Shown piece by piece: positions 8,277-18,533 of a stretch of 64,000 bases of DNA (within the stretch, counting starts at the first letter, position 1; the number at the start of each line of letters is the position of its first letter). The position numbers were made by a program, and so were the translations under genes. Under the pieces are notes generated by a model. The model saw only the letters and a program-made list of their open reading frames with translations. It had not been told where the DNA came from and made no database searches. The DNA is from Candidatus Levyibacteriota bacterium (GTDB lineage Bacteria; Patescibacteriota; Microgenomatia; Levybacterales; UBA12049): assembly GCA_963722305.1 (NCBI GenBank), contig CAVRKE010000002.1:40566-104565 (forward strand). Direction: 5' to 3'.

Positions 8277-10655
8277 TCAGTCCACCGGTTCGGGAGGTGT
8301 GGCGTGAAGGACCGGATGCGGACTGATTCTTGGCTCGGGTTTTGGCTGAAGCGCTCTGGTTAAAGCCACATCCAAAACTTCATCCATGTGTTCGACAAAT
8401 ACAAATTTAAGTTCTTTAAGCACTTCTTTTGGCACATCTTCCAAATCTTTTTTATTATCTTTTGGCAAAATAATGGTTTTCAGCCCCGCCCGGTGCGCGG
8501 CAATCATTTTTTCTTTCACTCCGCCGATTTCCAAAACCCTGCCTCTAAGCGTTATTTCCCCGGTCATGCCGACAGTTCGGTTGACCGGAATTTTGGTTAA
8601 AGCCGAAGTAATGGCGGTCGTGATGGCGATACCGGCCGACGGCCCGTCTTTTGGCACTGCCCCTTCGGGCACATGCACATGAACGTCTAATTTTTGGTAG
8701 AATTTTTCATCCAACCCCAGTGCTTTAGCCCTGGCCCGAATATAACTTAGTGCTGCCTGGCAAGATTCTTTCATGACGTCGCCCAGTTGTCCGGTCAAAA
8801 GCAAGTTGCCTTTTCCGGGCATTAAAGCCACCTCTATAAATAGTATGTCTCCGCCGGCTTCGGTCCAGGCTAGTCCTGTTGACATGCCGATTTCATCCTT
8901 TTTTTCAACACTGGTGGAGCTGAACTTAACCGGCCCCAAAAACTTGGTGACATTATTTTTAGTCACCACTACTTTTTCCTTTTTGCCTTCGGCAACCTGT
9001 TTGGCCACTTTTCTAAGGATTGACGCCAGCTGTCGTTCTAAGGCTCTGACTCCCGCTTCTCTGGTGTAATGGTCGGCAACAAACCTGATGGCTTCGTCTT
9101 CAAATTCAACGTTGGTCGATTTAAGCCCGTGATTTTCCATTTGTTTTTTCAAAAGAAAATCTTTAGCAATCCGGAATTTTTCCTCCTGGGTGTAACCGGC
9201 AAAATTAATTATCTCCAAGCGGTCTCTTAAAGCCGGAGGAATGGTATCTAAAACATTGGCGGTAGTAATAAACATTACATCCGATAAATCAAACGGCACT
9301 TCCAGATAATGATCCGAGAAACCGAAATTTTGCTCCGGATCCAAGGCTTCCAATAGCGCCGAAGAAGGATCGCCCCGAAAATCTGCTCCGACCTTGTCGA
9401 TTTCATCCAACATGAAAACCGGATTTCTTGTTCCTGCATCTTTAATGCCTTGAATGATACGGCCGGGCAGTGCGCCCACATAGGTGCGTCGGTGTCCCCT
9501 AATCTCCGCCTCATCCCTAATTCCGCCAAGCGATACTTTGACAAATTTTCTGTCTAATGCTCTGGCGATTGATTTACCAATTGAGGTTTTGCCCACCCCC
9601 GGCGGCCCGACAAAACAGAGAATCGGTCCCTTCATTTTTCCGGACAGCTTATGCACCGCCAGGTACTCAACAATCCTTTCTTTGATTTTTTCCAAACCGT
9701 AATGGTCTTCGTCCAGAATTTTTTCTGCCTGCTTGATGTCTACCTTACTTTTACTCAACACACTCCAGGGAAGATCCAACAGCCAATCAAGATAGTTACG
9801 GATATAACCCGCCTCCGGATTAAACTGGTTCATCTGGGAAAGTTTGGTAATCTCTTTTTTCGCTTTTTCCTCGATGTCTTTGGGCATTTTTGCCTTTTTT
9901 AGCTTATCCGATAATTCCCTGGTTTCACTGTCCTCATCGGATTCACCTAACTCTTTTTCGATGGTCTTTAAGCGTTCCCGAAGCATCACTTCGCGGGCTC
10001 CCTTTTCAAATCTCTCCTGGGTTTTGGAAGCAATTTTTTTCTCCAGTTCCAGCACTTTTATTTCGCGGCTTAAAAGTTCGACTACTTTCTCCAAACGTTT
10101 CTTGACATCAATTTCTTCCAGCAGCTCCTGTCTTTCCGCGGGCCGAAGGTCTAAAACCGAAGCTACCAAATCCGCCAGCTGCGAAGGGGTATTTTCCGAC
10201 ATCACATTCATAAACACCAGGAAATCAACAAACTTACCTAAATTAATTGCCCGTTTAAATTCCGTCACCAAATGGTTTGTCAAGGCTTTGATTTCCGGCG
10301 TGTCGATAGCTTCTTCCAAAACCTCCTCAACTCTGGCCATTAGATACGGAGAATCTTCCATAAATTCCAAAATCTTGATTCTGGATAAGCCTTTAATCTG
10401 GGCGTTTATTTCGCCTTCCGATTTAATCATGCGCTCAATGTGCGATAATGTACCAACCGCATAGAGGTCGGAAGGTGATGGATCGTTTAATTTGGCATTC
10501 CTTTGCAACACGAAACCGACAATTCTTTCCTGGGAAAAAGACGACTCGAGAGCCGCCAAGCTCTTTGGCCTGCCGAAAGTCAGGACCGAATCGGTATTGG
10601 GGAAAATTATGCCATCTCTAATTGGGATGATTGGGACTATTTTTTCCATATTCAC
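8277..10655 (-). CDS. lon: ATP-dependent Lon protease
   Basis: Lon N-domain, AAA+ Walker A GPPGVGKTS, proteolytic domain with catalytic Ser in PKDGPSAGIAITTA. Likely GTG start at 10653-10655. Confidence 0.95.
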   Translation of the reverse strand: MNMEKIVPIIPIRDGIIFPNTDSVLTFGRPKSLAALESSFSQERIVGFVLQRNAKLNDPSPSDLYAVGTLSHIERMIKSEGEINAQIKGLSRIKILEFMEDSPYLMARVEEVLEEAIDTPEIKALTNHLVTEFKRAINLGKFVDFLVFMNVMSENTPSQLADLVASVLDLRPAERQELLEEIDVKKRLEKVVELLSREIKVLELEKKIASKTQERFEKGAREVMLRERLKTIEKELGESDEDSETRELSDKLKKAKMPKDIEEKAKKEITKLSQMNQFNPEAGYIRNYLDWLLDLPWSVLSKSKVDIKQAEKILDEDHYGLEKIKERIVEYLAVHKLSGKMKGPILCFVGPPGVGKTSIGKSIARALDRKFVKVSLGGIRDEAEIRGHRRTYVGALPGRIIQGIKDAGTRNPVFMLDEIDKVGADFRGDPSSALLEALDPEQNFGFSDHYLEVPFDLSDVMFITTANVLDTIPPALRDRLEIINFAGYTQEEKFRIAKDFLLKKQMENHGLKSTNVEFEDEAIRFVADHYTREAGVRALERQLASILRKVAKQVAEGKKEKVVVTKNNVTKFLGPVKFSSTSVEKKDEIGMSTGLAWTEAGGDILFIEVALMPGKGNLLLTGQLGDVMKESCQAALSYIRARAKALGLDEKFYQKLDVHVHVPEGAVPKDGPSAGIAITTAITSALTKIPVNRTVGMTGEITLRGRVLEIGGVKEKMIAAHRAGLKTIILPKDNKKDLEDVPKEVLKELKFVFVEHMDEVLDVALTRALQPKPEPRISPHPVLHATPPEPVD

Positions 10656-10665
10656 TTTGAACGTA

Positions 10666-10700
10666 TTAGCACTCTATCATATCAGTTGCTAGCTGTCAAG
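10666..10700 (-). promoter_or_regulatory. lon promoter region: TTGACA (reverse complement of 10694-10699), 17-nt spacer, TAGAGT; overlapped by a CIRCE-like element (TTAGCACTC-N9-AGTTGCTAG at 10666-10692; one half a perfect CIRCE half-site)
   Basis: Read from the sequence. CIRCE consensus is TTAGCACTC-N9-GAGTGCTAA. The second half is degenerate. Confidence 0.3.
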
Positions 10701-10830
10701 ACTTGTTTTAAGCCTTAGCAAACTGCCGTCACTGATATTACAACATGGAAAACTTAGGTAAAGCTGAAAAATAATGTTGGGGTTAACCCTGTTAAATGGT
10801 TGAACCAAAGCTCTGCTTTATTTAATGGGG

Positions 10831-10860
10831 TTGACACACTACAGGTAACGAAACTACAAT
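10831..10860 (+). promoter_or_regulatory. Sigma70-like promoter TTGACA (10831-10836), 18-nt spacer, TACAAT (10855-10860) for the gene at 10890
   Basis: Read from the sequence. Nearby palindromes GGGTTAACCC (10780-10789) and GGTTGAACC. Confidence 0.35.
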
Positions 10861-10889
10861 TAAGATAATGATTTATCAGGGGTTTTTAT

Positions 10890-12077
10890 ATGATTTATTT
10901 AAGTGATTTATTAAATAAAAAAGTTTATTTTAATCAAAAAGTGTTTGGAGAAATGGTCGATTTTGCCGTCTTACAAAGCTCGCCTAACCCCTCTGTTTCT
11001 AAAGTAGTCATCAAAAGACTTGGTAAGAAACTAACAATTTCTCCCTCTTTTCTCGCGATGAGAAAAAACGGTGCGCTTTTAACCGACGAAAAAGCACCAC
11101 TCCTCCCCTTCGACGAAGGGGATTTTTATTTAAATGAGGACCTTTTGGATAAACAGGTTATCGATACTAATGATAAACGCTTGGTCAGGGTTAACGACAT
11201 TGTTTTCGAAAGCAACGGCGAACTTAAGGTTATCGGCATTGATATCGGGGCAGCGGGACTGCTTAGAAGATTGGGCCTGGAGAAAATTATCAAGATTCCC
11301 CATAAAATTCTTCCCTGGCAAATGATTGAAGCTTTTGACTATCAAACCGGAAATATAAAAATCAGCTTAACTCAAGATAAACTAAACAATATGCACCCAA
11401 GTGAACTGGCGGATATTCTGGAAGACTTAGGGACCAAAGAAAGGCAGGGAGTGGTGGAAAGCCTGGAGGCGAAAAGAGCCGCCAGGGCCATCGAAAAAAC
11501 CGAAGAGAAAACCCAGGAAGCAATTTTAGAAGAATTGCCAAAAACTAACCTTAAAGATATTGTCGGCAAAATGCATGTTGCCAATTTAGCTAACATTTTT
11601 TATAAACTTAATCCCTTAAGAACCAGAGAGATGGTGGACCTCATGGACAAAGACAAGGCGGGCAAAGTGGAAAAATTGCTTGATTTTGGAGCTTACACTG
11701 CCGGCGGAGCAATGCGCACCGGATTTGTATCTTTAGATGGGAACACTACAGTCAAGGAAACCATTAACACTCTTTATAAGTTAGTCCCAAAGCCCGAAGC
11801 AATTGTGGTTACCAATGGCAACGGCAGGTTGGTTGGGACTATTTATACTAAAGATATTTTGGACAGCGATTCGCTAGCCGTTTTAAAAGATCTTGTTTCG
11901 GAGCGAAAATTTGTTTTTCCGGAAGCCGATTTTAACCAGGTAATCAGCCTTTTTGGCAGATATAACTTAAGAGCTCTACCGGTAGTGGATAAAGACAGAA
12001 AGCCGCTGGGCATTGTCACTGCCGGCATTGTCTTATCGAAGATTGAGGAAAGAACGCAGACTGATGAAATTATTTAA
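10890..12077 (+). CDS. Soluble MgtE-N-domain / CBS-pair protein with N-terminal PRC-barrel-like region (Mg2+-sensor-like, no TM domain)
   Basis: MgtE_N-like helical region (HPSELADILEDLGTKERQGVVESLEAKRAARAIEK ... LANIFYKLNPLRTREMVDLMD) followed by two CBS-like motifs. No MgtE membrane domain. Confidence 0.65.
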   Translation: MIYLSDLLNKKVYFNQKVFGEMVDFAVLQSSPNPSVSKVVIKRLGKKLTISPSFLAMRKNGALLTDEKAPLLPFDEGDFYLNEDLLDKQVIDTNDKRLVRVNDIVFESNGELKVIGIDIGAAGLLRRLGLEKIIKIPHKILPWQMIEAFDYQTGNIKISLTQDKLNNMHPSELADILEDLGTKERQGVVESLEAKRAARAIEKTEEKTQEAILEELPKTNLKDIVGKMHVANLANIFYKLNPLRTREMVDLMDKDKAGKVEKLLDFGAYTAGGAMRTGFVSLDGNTTVKETINTLYKLVPKPEAIVVTNGNGRLVGTIYTKDILDSDSLAVLKDLVSERKFVFPEADFNQVISLFGRYNLRALPVVDKDRKPLGIVTAGIVLSKIEERTQTDEII

Positions 12078-13335
12078 ATTAATTAAGAAAAGATTAATTT
12101 TCCTCCTTCCTATTATGGCTGTTATTGGACCCGGAATTATTGCCGGGAACGCCGATAATGACGCCGGAGGAATTACAACTTATTCGGTCGCGGGAGCCAA
12201 CTTCGGACTGTCGCTTTTATGGGTACTGCTTTTGACCACTTTTGCCTTAGCCATCACTCAGGAAATCGGGGCGCGCATGGGACTGGTCACAGGGAAAGGC
12301 TTGGCTTCAATTATCAGGGAAAAATTTGGCATTCGCTGGACCACTTTTGTGATGGCCTGTCTGTTTATCTCAAACATTGGCACTATTTCTGCCGAATTTG
12401 CCGGGGTTGCTACAGCCCTGAGCATTTTTCATATCTCGAAATTTATCTCCGTTCCAATCGCTATCGCTGCGATATTTTTGCTGGTCACAAGAGGCAATTT
12501 TAAAAAACTGGAAAGGCTTTTTTTACTAATGTCCGTTTTTTATATTTGCTACATCGTTTCGGCACTCCTTGCCCATCCTAATTTCGGATTGGCGTTAAAA
12601 AGCCTGGCAATGCCTGTCGGAATCAAATTGAATGGTGTCTACATTTTAACTTTAATGGCGGTGATCGGAACCACCATCACCCCCTGGGGACAGTTTTTTA
12701 TCCAAGATTATGTCGTTGATAAAAAACTGACAAAGAACGATTTAAAAATCGAAAGAGGCGACGTATTTGTAGGCAGTTTTTTTACCAATTTCATTTCCTT
12801 TTTCATTATCGTCGCCTGCGCCGCCACACTGTTTGCTAAAGGAATAAGAATTACCGATGCCAGTCAGGCAGCTTTAGCTTTGGTACCTTTAGCCGGGCAG
12901 TTTGCGGCGGCTTTGTTTGCTTTCGGATTTTTAAATGCATCCCTGTTTGGTGCCGCCATCGTCCCGGTTACCACCTCTTATGTTATAACCGAAGCTTTTG
13001 GTTTAGAGTCCGGTTTGAATTTTAAATTCAGAGAAGCTCCGGAGTTTTACGGACTATTCTTACTGCTGTTAATCCTTGGAGGGACAGTTGTATTACTGCC
13101 GTTTATTCCTCTAATTACAATCCTGGTTGTTACCCAGGCCATTAACGCCGCGCTTTTAATTCCGATCTTTATTTTCCTTTATATTGTGTCTAATGATAAA
13201 AAACTACTCGGGGAATACGTCAACGGCAAAATCGTCAATATTGTTTTGATTATTACTTTAATTCTAATTGCAGCTGCTTCCACTCTTTATGCAATTTCTT
13301 TCTTCGCCCCCAGCCTCTTCAATTTTTTCCACTAA
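12064..13335 (+). CDS. NRAMP-family divalent-cation transporter with non-canonical metal site (NRMT-like, putative Mg2+/Mn2+ transporter)
   Basis: TM1 motif GPGIIAGNADNDAGGITTYSVAGANFGLSLLW against canonical GPG...DPGN...LLW. TM6 reads GTTITPWGQFF in place of the A-x-x-MPH motif. Probable true start ATG 12064 (MKLFKLIKK), overlapping the upstream stop by 14 nt. The ORF track extends it to 12013. Confidence 0.7.
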   Translation: MKLFKLIKKRLIFLLPIMAVIGPGIIAGNADNDAGGITTYSVAGANFGLSLLWVLLLTTFALAITQEIGARMGLVTGKGLASIIREKFGIRWTTFVMACLFISNIGTISAEFAGVATALSIFHISKFISVPIAIAAIFLLVTRGNFKKLERLFLLMSVFYICYIVSALLAHPNFGLALKSLAMPVGIKLNGVYILTLMAVIGTTITPWGQFFIQDYVVDKKLTKNDLKIERGDVFVGSFFTNFISFFIIVACAATLFAKGIRITDASQAALALVPLAGQFAAALFAFGFLNASLFGAAIVPVTTSYVITEAFGLESGLNFKFREAPEFYGLFLLLLILGGTVVLLPFIPLITILVVTQAINAALLIPIFIFLYIVSNDKKLLGEYVNGKIVNIVLIITLILIAAASTLYAISFFAPSLFNFFH

Positions 13336-13427
13336 TGACAACATAAACTTACAAGCTATATCTATTTTAGGACTTGACAACTACTTATTTTTAGATATAC
13401 GATATATTTGAATTTATCATTTCATTA

Positions 13428-14324
13428 ATGAATATTAAAACCGGACTACATCACATTAGGCATACACGACCTCAGTGGTATAAACAATATCACGAATGGG
13501 AACCGCACGTCTTTTTGCACTGGACTGCCTTTATTATTTCTTCCATCATTATCCTTTTGGGTTTAACCAATGCAGTTTCCCAATTGCAGGTAAAAAAAGC
13601 CGGCGCCACCTCGTCGTCAACCACCTTAAGCCAAGACTTAACTTCAGGTACACTGACAATTAGTAATACCGGTGGCCAAACTTTAACTGCAGGAGCTGTT
13701 TCCACCAGCAGTCAACTAACCACCGGCAGCTTGGGAACAATTACTTTGGTTGACAACCGAGGAACCGGTGTTGGCTGGAGTGCAACCGCCACCTCAACAA
13801 ATTTTATAAAATATAATAATCCGGTGACAACCGGAGGAACAAATGATACTCTCAGCGTAGACAGTACCTCAACCTACGATAGTACCACCGGAGGAACTTA
13901 TACGGTTACCATTACCACCGGCGGATCGGTTGGAACGGCCAAGTTTGATGTCAGTGGATTGGAAACTGCAACCGGCGTCTCTACCGGTGCAAGTGTATCT
14001 GTGGGAACACGCGGATTGGTGCTTGATTTTGCCGCCGCCACTTATACTACCAGTGATTCATGGACTATCAGAGTTGATGTTATACCGGTTACCGGTTTAC
14101 AAATCACTCCGGGTACGTTAACCACTATTGCCGGTTCGTCTTCAAACGTTACTGCCGGATCTGTACATACCTTTACCGATACAGCCGATGCCACCGATTT
14201 AATTACTGCCTCATCCGGTTATGGAATGGGATCGTACTCAGTCGCCCCTGCTTTACAATTAACCATTCCCGCCAGCAGCTACGCAAATACCTATACGGCA
14301 ACTGTGGTTGAAACCGTTCTCTAA
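13428..14324 (+). CDS. WxL-like cell-surface protein (CscB-like)
   Basis: Signal/TM segment, Thr/Ser/Gly-rich core, motif DNRGTGVGWSATATSTNF and C-terminal YSVAPALQLTIPASSYANTYTATV resembling the two WxL motifs. Confidence 0.5.
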   Translation: MNIKTGLHHIRHTRPQWYKQYHEWEPHVFLHWTAFIISSIIILLGLTNAVSQLQVKKAGATSSSTTLSQDLTSGTLTISNTGGQTLTAGAVSTSSQLTTGSLGTITLVDNRGTGVGWSATATSTNFIKYNNPVTTGGTNDTLSVDSTSTYDSTTGGTYTVTITTGGSVGTAKFDVSGLETATGVSTGASVSVGTRGLVLDFAAATYTTSDSWTIRVDVIPVTGLQITPGTLTTIAGSSSNVTAGSVHTFTDTADATDLITASSGYGMGSYSVAPALQLTIPASSYANTYTATVVETVL

Positions 14325-14335
14325 AGATATTCATT

Positions 14336-15427
14336 ATGACTAACCTGCCTTCCATATTTAAAAAGTTTGTTTTTGGTCGAAACGTTCTTTTACCCCTCCT
14401 TTTTTTTGTTTTGACTTTTTTTTTGTTCGTTGTGCCGGTCTTAGCTGTAAGCTCACAAACTATTAGCGCCAACCCCACCAATCCATCGCCGTCGGACCCC
14501 AGATCAAAATCCTGGTTTATTTATTCTCTGCCGGCCGGCGTCACGAAAAAAGACACTGTTACTGTTGAAAATAACAGCAATCAACCGATTACCTTAAAAG
14601 TCTATGCGGCCGACTCATTAAAAACCAGCCAAGGTGGTTTTGCCCTCGCCAACGAAGACGCAGCAAAGAAAGGGTTAGGTTCATGGGTAAAATTAAGCGT
14701 TGCGGAAGTAACCCTCGGTCCGAATGAAGAAAGAAACATTCCTTTTACTATTTCTATCCCCGCGCAAACTCCAACGGGTGAATATTCCGGCGGAATAATT
14801 TTTCAAGAAACGCAGCCACAAAAATTTACTGGCGGCAACGGCGTTGGAATCAACGTTATTTCCCGAGTCGGAGTACGAATTTATGAAACAGTACCGGGAG
14901 TTAATCAACTAAGCTTGGCCGTTAAGGATTTTCGCTATTCGGTGGCGGACAACAATCTGATTTTTAGCTTTACGGTTGAAAATAAAGGCACAGTCTTTAT
15001 TTCACCAACGGGGACGCTGGAAGTGAAAGATATGATTGGACAAGTGATAAGCGATATACCGCTAGATAACATATTGGGTGTAGTCATACCCGGAGTACCC
15101 AGAACAATAGTCGTCCCCACACAAATTGCCTCACCGATATTTGGTTGGAATACGGCCAGTGTCGCCCTATATTACTCTCCAACCAAAACCGCCATGGCCA
15201 GCATTGTCTTTATGCCAAATCTATGGCCACTGTACATCATAGTTTTTCTAATTGTCTTATTTGTCCTCTACTTATTGCTGAGAAAAAAATTAGTCGGTGC
15301 TAAGGGTAAGCTTTTAACCAACAAGCCGTCAGCGAAAGTCCTACTCGGTGTCGGTGCTATTTTATTGGGGACGGTTATATTTAGTTATCTGATTGTTTAC
15401 CTCTTTGGTTTATTACTGACAAAATAA
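14336..15427 (+). CDS. DUF916-like cell-surface protein with C-terminal membrane anchor (CscA-like)
   Basis: Signal peptide. SWFIYSLPAGVTKKDTVTVENNSNQPITLKVYAAD and GEYSGGIIFQE match the DUF916 pattern. C-terminal TM anchor WPLYIIVFLIVLFVLYLLLRKK. Confidence 0.5.
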   Translation: MTNLPSIFKKFVFGRNVLLPLLFFVLTFFLFVVPVLAVSSQTISANPTNPSPSDPRSKSWFIYSLPAGVTKKDTVTVENNSNQPITLKVYAADSLKTSQGGFALANEDAAKKGLGSWVKLSVAEVTLGPNEERNIPFTISIPAQTPTGEYSGGIIFQETQPQKFTGGNGVGINVISRVGVRIYETVPGVNQLSLAVKDFRYSVADNNLIFSFTVENKGTVFISPTGTLEVKDMIGQVISDIPLDNILGVVIPGVPRTIVVPTQIASPIFGWNTASVALYYSPTKTAMASIVFMPNLWPLYIIVFLIVLFVLYLLLRKKLVGAKGKLLTNKPSAKVLLGVGAILLGTVIFSYLIVYLFGLLLTK

Positions 15428-15518
15428 TATCTGCCTTGCTTCTTTGGATGAGCGCTTCATATTCTCATATTTTTATACTACAATTAGATTGAAGCCTCTT
15501 TAATGGGGTTTTAACAAA

Positions 15519-18392
15519 ATGAAGTTTTGGACAAAATTTTGGCAGAAAAATAAAATCAGTTTTAAAAAACGCTTTGTTTATACCATCCTTCTAACCATCA
15601 TTTTCTTATTTTTAACTACGTCCAAGGCTTTTGCTACTACCTACAATTGCACCACCACTACCAGCGGCACTTGGAACTGGAATGTTGCCGCTGATTGGAC
15701 ATCGGGCACTTGCAACGGTACCTATCCCGGAGGGACCGGGGCACCGGATGTTTACAATGTCGCCATTAATTCTACCACTGCCACCACCATTAATCTGAAT
15801 GTTAATCCGGCAACCATCGGCACTATTACCATTATTGGCAACGGAGTTAGCCACACCATCAACTTTAACGGCCATACCATGACTACCAGCAGCACCACCA
15901 CCATCAATGCCCCAACAGCTGTCATGACCAATTCAATCTCGGTTGATAGCGGTACTTTTAATGCCGGCGGAAACGTGACAATTACCTCCGGCTCAGCCGC
16001 CACCAGGGTTTCCCAGCTCACTGTCTCGACCGGCAATATCAATATTAGCGGCAGCGTGACCTATGGCGGAACAGCAGCAGGAGCTAAATTAATAGTTTCA
16101 AGTGTTGGCAATATCAGTGCCACCAGTGTTGGCGCCAGCGGATATTTTAGCGCCACATCGTCAGGCACTTTAAAACTTACGGGAGCAGCGCCGGTTATTC
16201 AGGTCGGAGCAAATTATACTTATGCCAATTTAAATATGGCCGGATCCGGAACTGCTACTTTTTCCGCCAGCGGTGGGGCACTAAGCGGAACTCTGACTAT
16301 AAATTCCGGAACTTTAGATTTTGGCGCTAATGCCGTCACTGTTTCCGGCGCAACGGAAGTAACGGGTAGCGGAACAATTACTTTTTCATCAGCCACTAAT
16401 ACCAAGATTTTCGTCGGTCTTGTCACGTTAGACTCGGGCAGCATTTGGAATAATTCCGGCAATAGCGCGGTCACTTTTGAAGGAGGACTGACGAACAACG
16501 GCGCGGCCACACTGACGATGGGAACAGGCACGCAAACTTTTAGCACCAATGCCCAAGCCATCGGCGGGACTAGCGGAATCTCTATTCCGAGCATGACTGT
16601 GACAGGCATTGTGGTCACCAATAATTTTACTAGTAGCGCCGTCTCCTTAACCGTTACTACTACTCTTGCGGGAACAGGGACTTTAAGGCAAGCTGCCAAC
16701 GGCTATTTAACTATTTCCGGCAATACCACTATTACCACCTTGGATTGCACGACCAATACTCCCAATACGGTTGAGTATAACGGCTCAGGCGCACAAACCG
16801 TCAAGGGCACTACCTATTATTATTTGCTGCATTCAGGCGCCGGCAACGGCACGATTGGCGCAAATACGACCGTGAATAATAATCTAGACGTCACCGGAGG
16901 GACCTTTACTATCGGAGCATACACAACCTCCGTCAGCGGCACTACTACTATTAGTAGCGGTGCTACCCTAGCTATTACCTCAACTACCGGCACGAAAACC
17001 TTTACCAATCTGACTATTTCCGATGGCGGTACATTCAGTTTTAGCGCCGCAGAGGCAATTACTATGAGCGGAAATTTAACCATCAATGGCGCCGGAGCAA
17101 TTAGCGGTACCACCGGTCTTTGGACCTTTCAGGCTGCTTCCGGCGGAACAATCGGCGGCACCACCACCGGAACCACCACCCTGGGCTCTGCCACCTTTAC
17201 CACCGCCTATTCGGTCGGAATTCCAATCACCTCAACCGGCACTTTAACTGTCACCGGAGTGACTTTAACCAATAATTCTACTCTGACGGCCTCAGCTGCT
17301 TTATCCGGAACATCAGGCACGCTTTTGCAGGGTGCTAATTCAACCTTAATTTTAGGCACAACCAGTGGAATCACCACCCTCACTGCCAACGCCAGTCCAA
17401 ACTTAGTGAAATATATCGGCACGTCCACACAAACGATTAAAGTTCCCTCATCAAGCTACAATAATTTGGAATATGCCGGATCAAGTACGGGCACTTTGGG
17501 AGGCAGTTTTACGGTCGACGGAAATTTTACCATTGACAGTGGCGGCACGGTTGCCGCATCCACTTATAATCTAAGCATTGGCGGAAATTTTTCCAATAGC
17601 GGGACGTTTACGGCCAACACCGGCACGGTGACCTTTGTGAATGCGGCCTTAACCTCTACTATTTCAAATCCTTCCTCCGGTACAACTTTTAATAATTTTA
17701 CCGTCAATACTGCCGGTAAAGCTTTAGTTTTTGACCACACTGACCAGACAACTATCGGCGGAACTTTGACGTTAAACGGGCAGGCCTGCGGCACCATGAT
17801 TACTCTGTCGTCCGATCTTGGCGGCTCTCAGTTTAGCATTAATGCTACCGGCACAAAAAGCGTCACTTATGTCAACGTCACGGATTCCAAGGCCATCACC
17901 GCAATTTCGGTTACCAATAGTAAAGGTTCTAACTATACCAATTGGACTTTTGGTTCGACGACCTGCGGCAGTTTAACTTTAGCCAATCAATCTACTACCA
18001 CTTTAACTGCGGTGACACTTAGCTATCCGGCGCCAAATAGTACCGGCAGTTTAGGACTGGTTACGGCCACCGATACCAGAGGCACCAATGTCGGCTGGAG
18101 CCTAACAGCCACCTCCAGTAATTTTACCGTCAGCTCACATACCATCAATGTCACCAATTTTACCATTAACCCCAACAACTCAACCTTAACTGTAGTTTCC
18201 GGTTCGGGTACCGGGGTTACTGCCGGCACTGCGCATACTTTTACCGGCACCTCCGACCCGGCCACCGTAATTACTACTTCAGGCGAAAACGGTACCGGAC
18301 AATATACGATTAACCCCGATTTAAGCCTGACTATTCCGGCCGGCTCTTATACGGGCAGCTATACTGCTACCATTACTCTGACTTTACAGTAA
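15519..18392 (+). CDS. Large Thr/Gly/Ser-rich surface protein with C-terminal WxL-like domain (CscC-like)
   Basis: 957 aa, N-terminal anchor/signal, long beta-helix-like T/G/S/N repeats, C-terminal DTRGTNVGWSLTATSSNF ... LSLTIPAGSYTGSYTATI. Confidence 0.5.
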   Translation: MKFWTKFWQKNKISFKKRFVYTILLTIIFLFLTTSKAFATTYNCTTTTSGTWNWNVAADWTSGTCNGTYPGGTGAPDVYNVAINSTTATTINLNVNPATIGTITIIGNGVSHTINFNGHTMTTSSTTTINAPTAVMTNSISVDSGTFNAGGNVTITSGSAATRVSQLTVSTGNINISGSVTYGGTAAGAKLIVSSVGNISATSVGASGYFSATSSGTLKLTGAAPVIQVGANYTYANLNMAGSGTATFSASGGALSGTLTINSGTLDFGANAVTVSGATEVTGSGTITFSSATNTKIFVGLVTLDSGSIWNNSGNSAVTFEGGLTNNGAATLTMGTGTQTFSTNAQAIGGTSGISIPSMTVTGIVVTNNFTSSAVSLTVTTTLAGTGTLRQAANGYLTISGNTTITTLDCTTNTPNTVEYNGSGAQTVKGTTYYYLLHSGAGNGTIGANTTVNNNLDVTGGTFTIGAYTTSVSGTTTISSGATLAITSTTGTKTFTNLTISDGGTFSFSAAEAITMSGNLTINGAGAISGTTGLWTFQAASGGTIGGTTTGTTTLGSATFTTAYSVGIPITSTGTLTVTGVTLTNNSTLTASAALSGTSGTLLQGANSTLILGTTSGITTLTANASPNLVKYIGTSTQTIKVPSSSYNNLEYAGSSTGTLGGSFTVDGNFTIDSGGTVAASTYNLSIGGNFSNSGTFTANTGTVTFVNAALTSTISNPSSGTTFNNFTVNTAGKALVFDHTDQTTIGGTLTLNGQACGTMITLSSDLGGSQFSINATGTKSVTYVNVTDSKAITAISVTNSKGSNYTNWTFGSTTCGSLTLANQSTTTLTAVTLSYPAPNSTGSLGLVTATDTRGTNVGWSLTATSSNFTVSSHTINVTNFTINPNNSTLTVVSGSGTGVTAGTAHTFTGTSDPATVITTSGENGTGQYTINPDLSLTIPAGSYTGSYTATITLTLQ

Positions 18393-18533
18393 ACAAAACT
18401 CTACAATCTACCCAGTTTCCAAAGGACTTTTTTTCACAAAGTGATTGCATTTACAACTTGTTTATGAAAAAATATATATAAGCTGTTATGCATACTAATC
18501 TAAATAGAAAAGCACTTATTCGTTACAATACCG

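Noticed and set aside
8386-10718. Multiple 60-200-aa ORFs antisense or overlapping lon
   Set aside because: Entirely inside the well-supported lon gene. Low-complexity translations.
15612-18265. Val/Pro-rich antisense ORFs inside the 957-aa surface protein gene
   Set aside because: Reverse-strand readings of the repetitive Thr/Gly-codon gene (ACC/GGT complement to GGT/ACC). Compositional artefacts.
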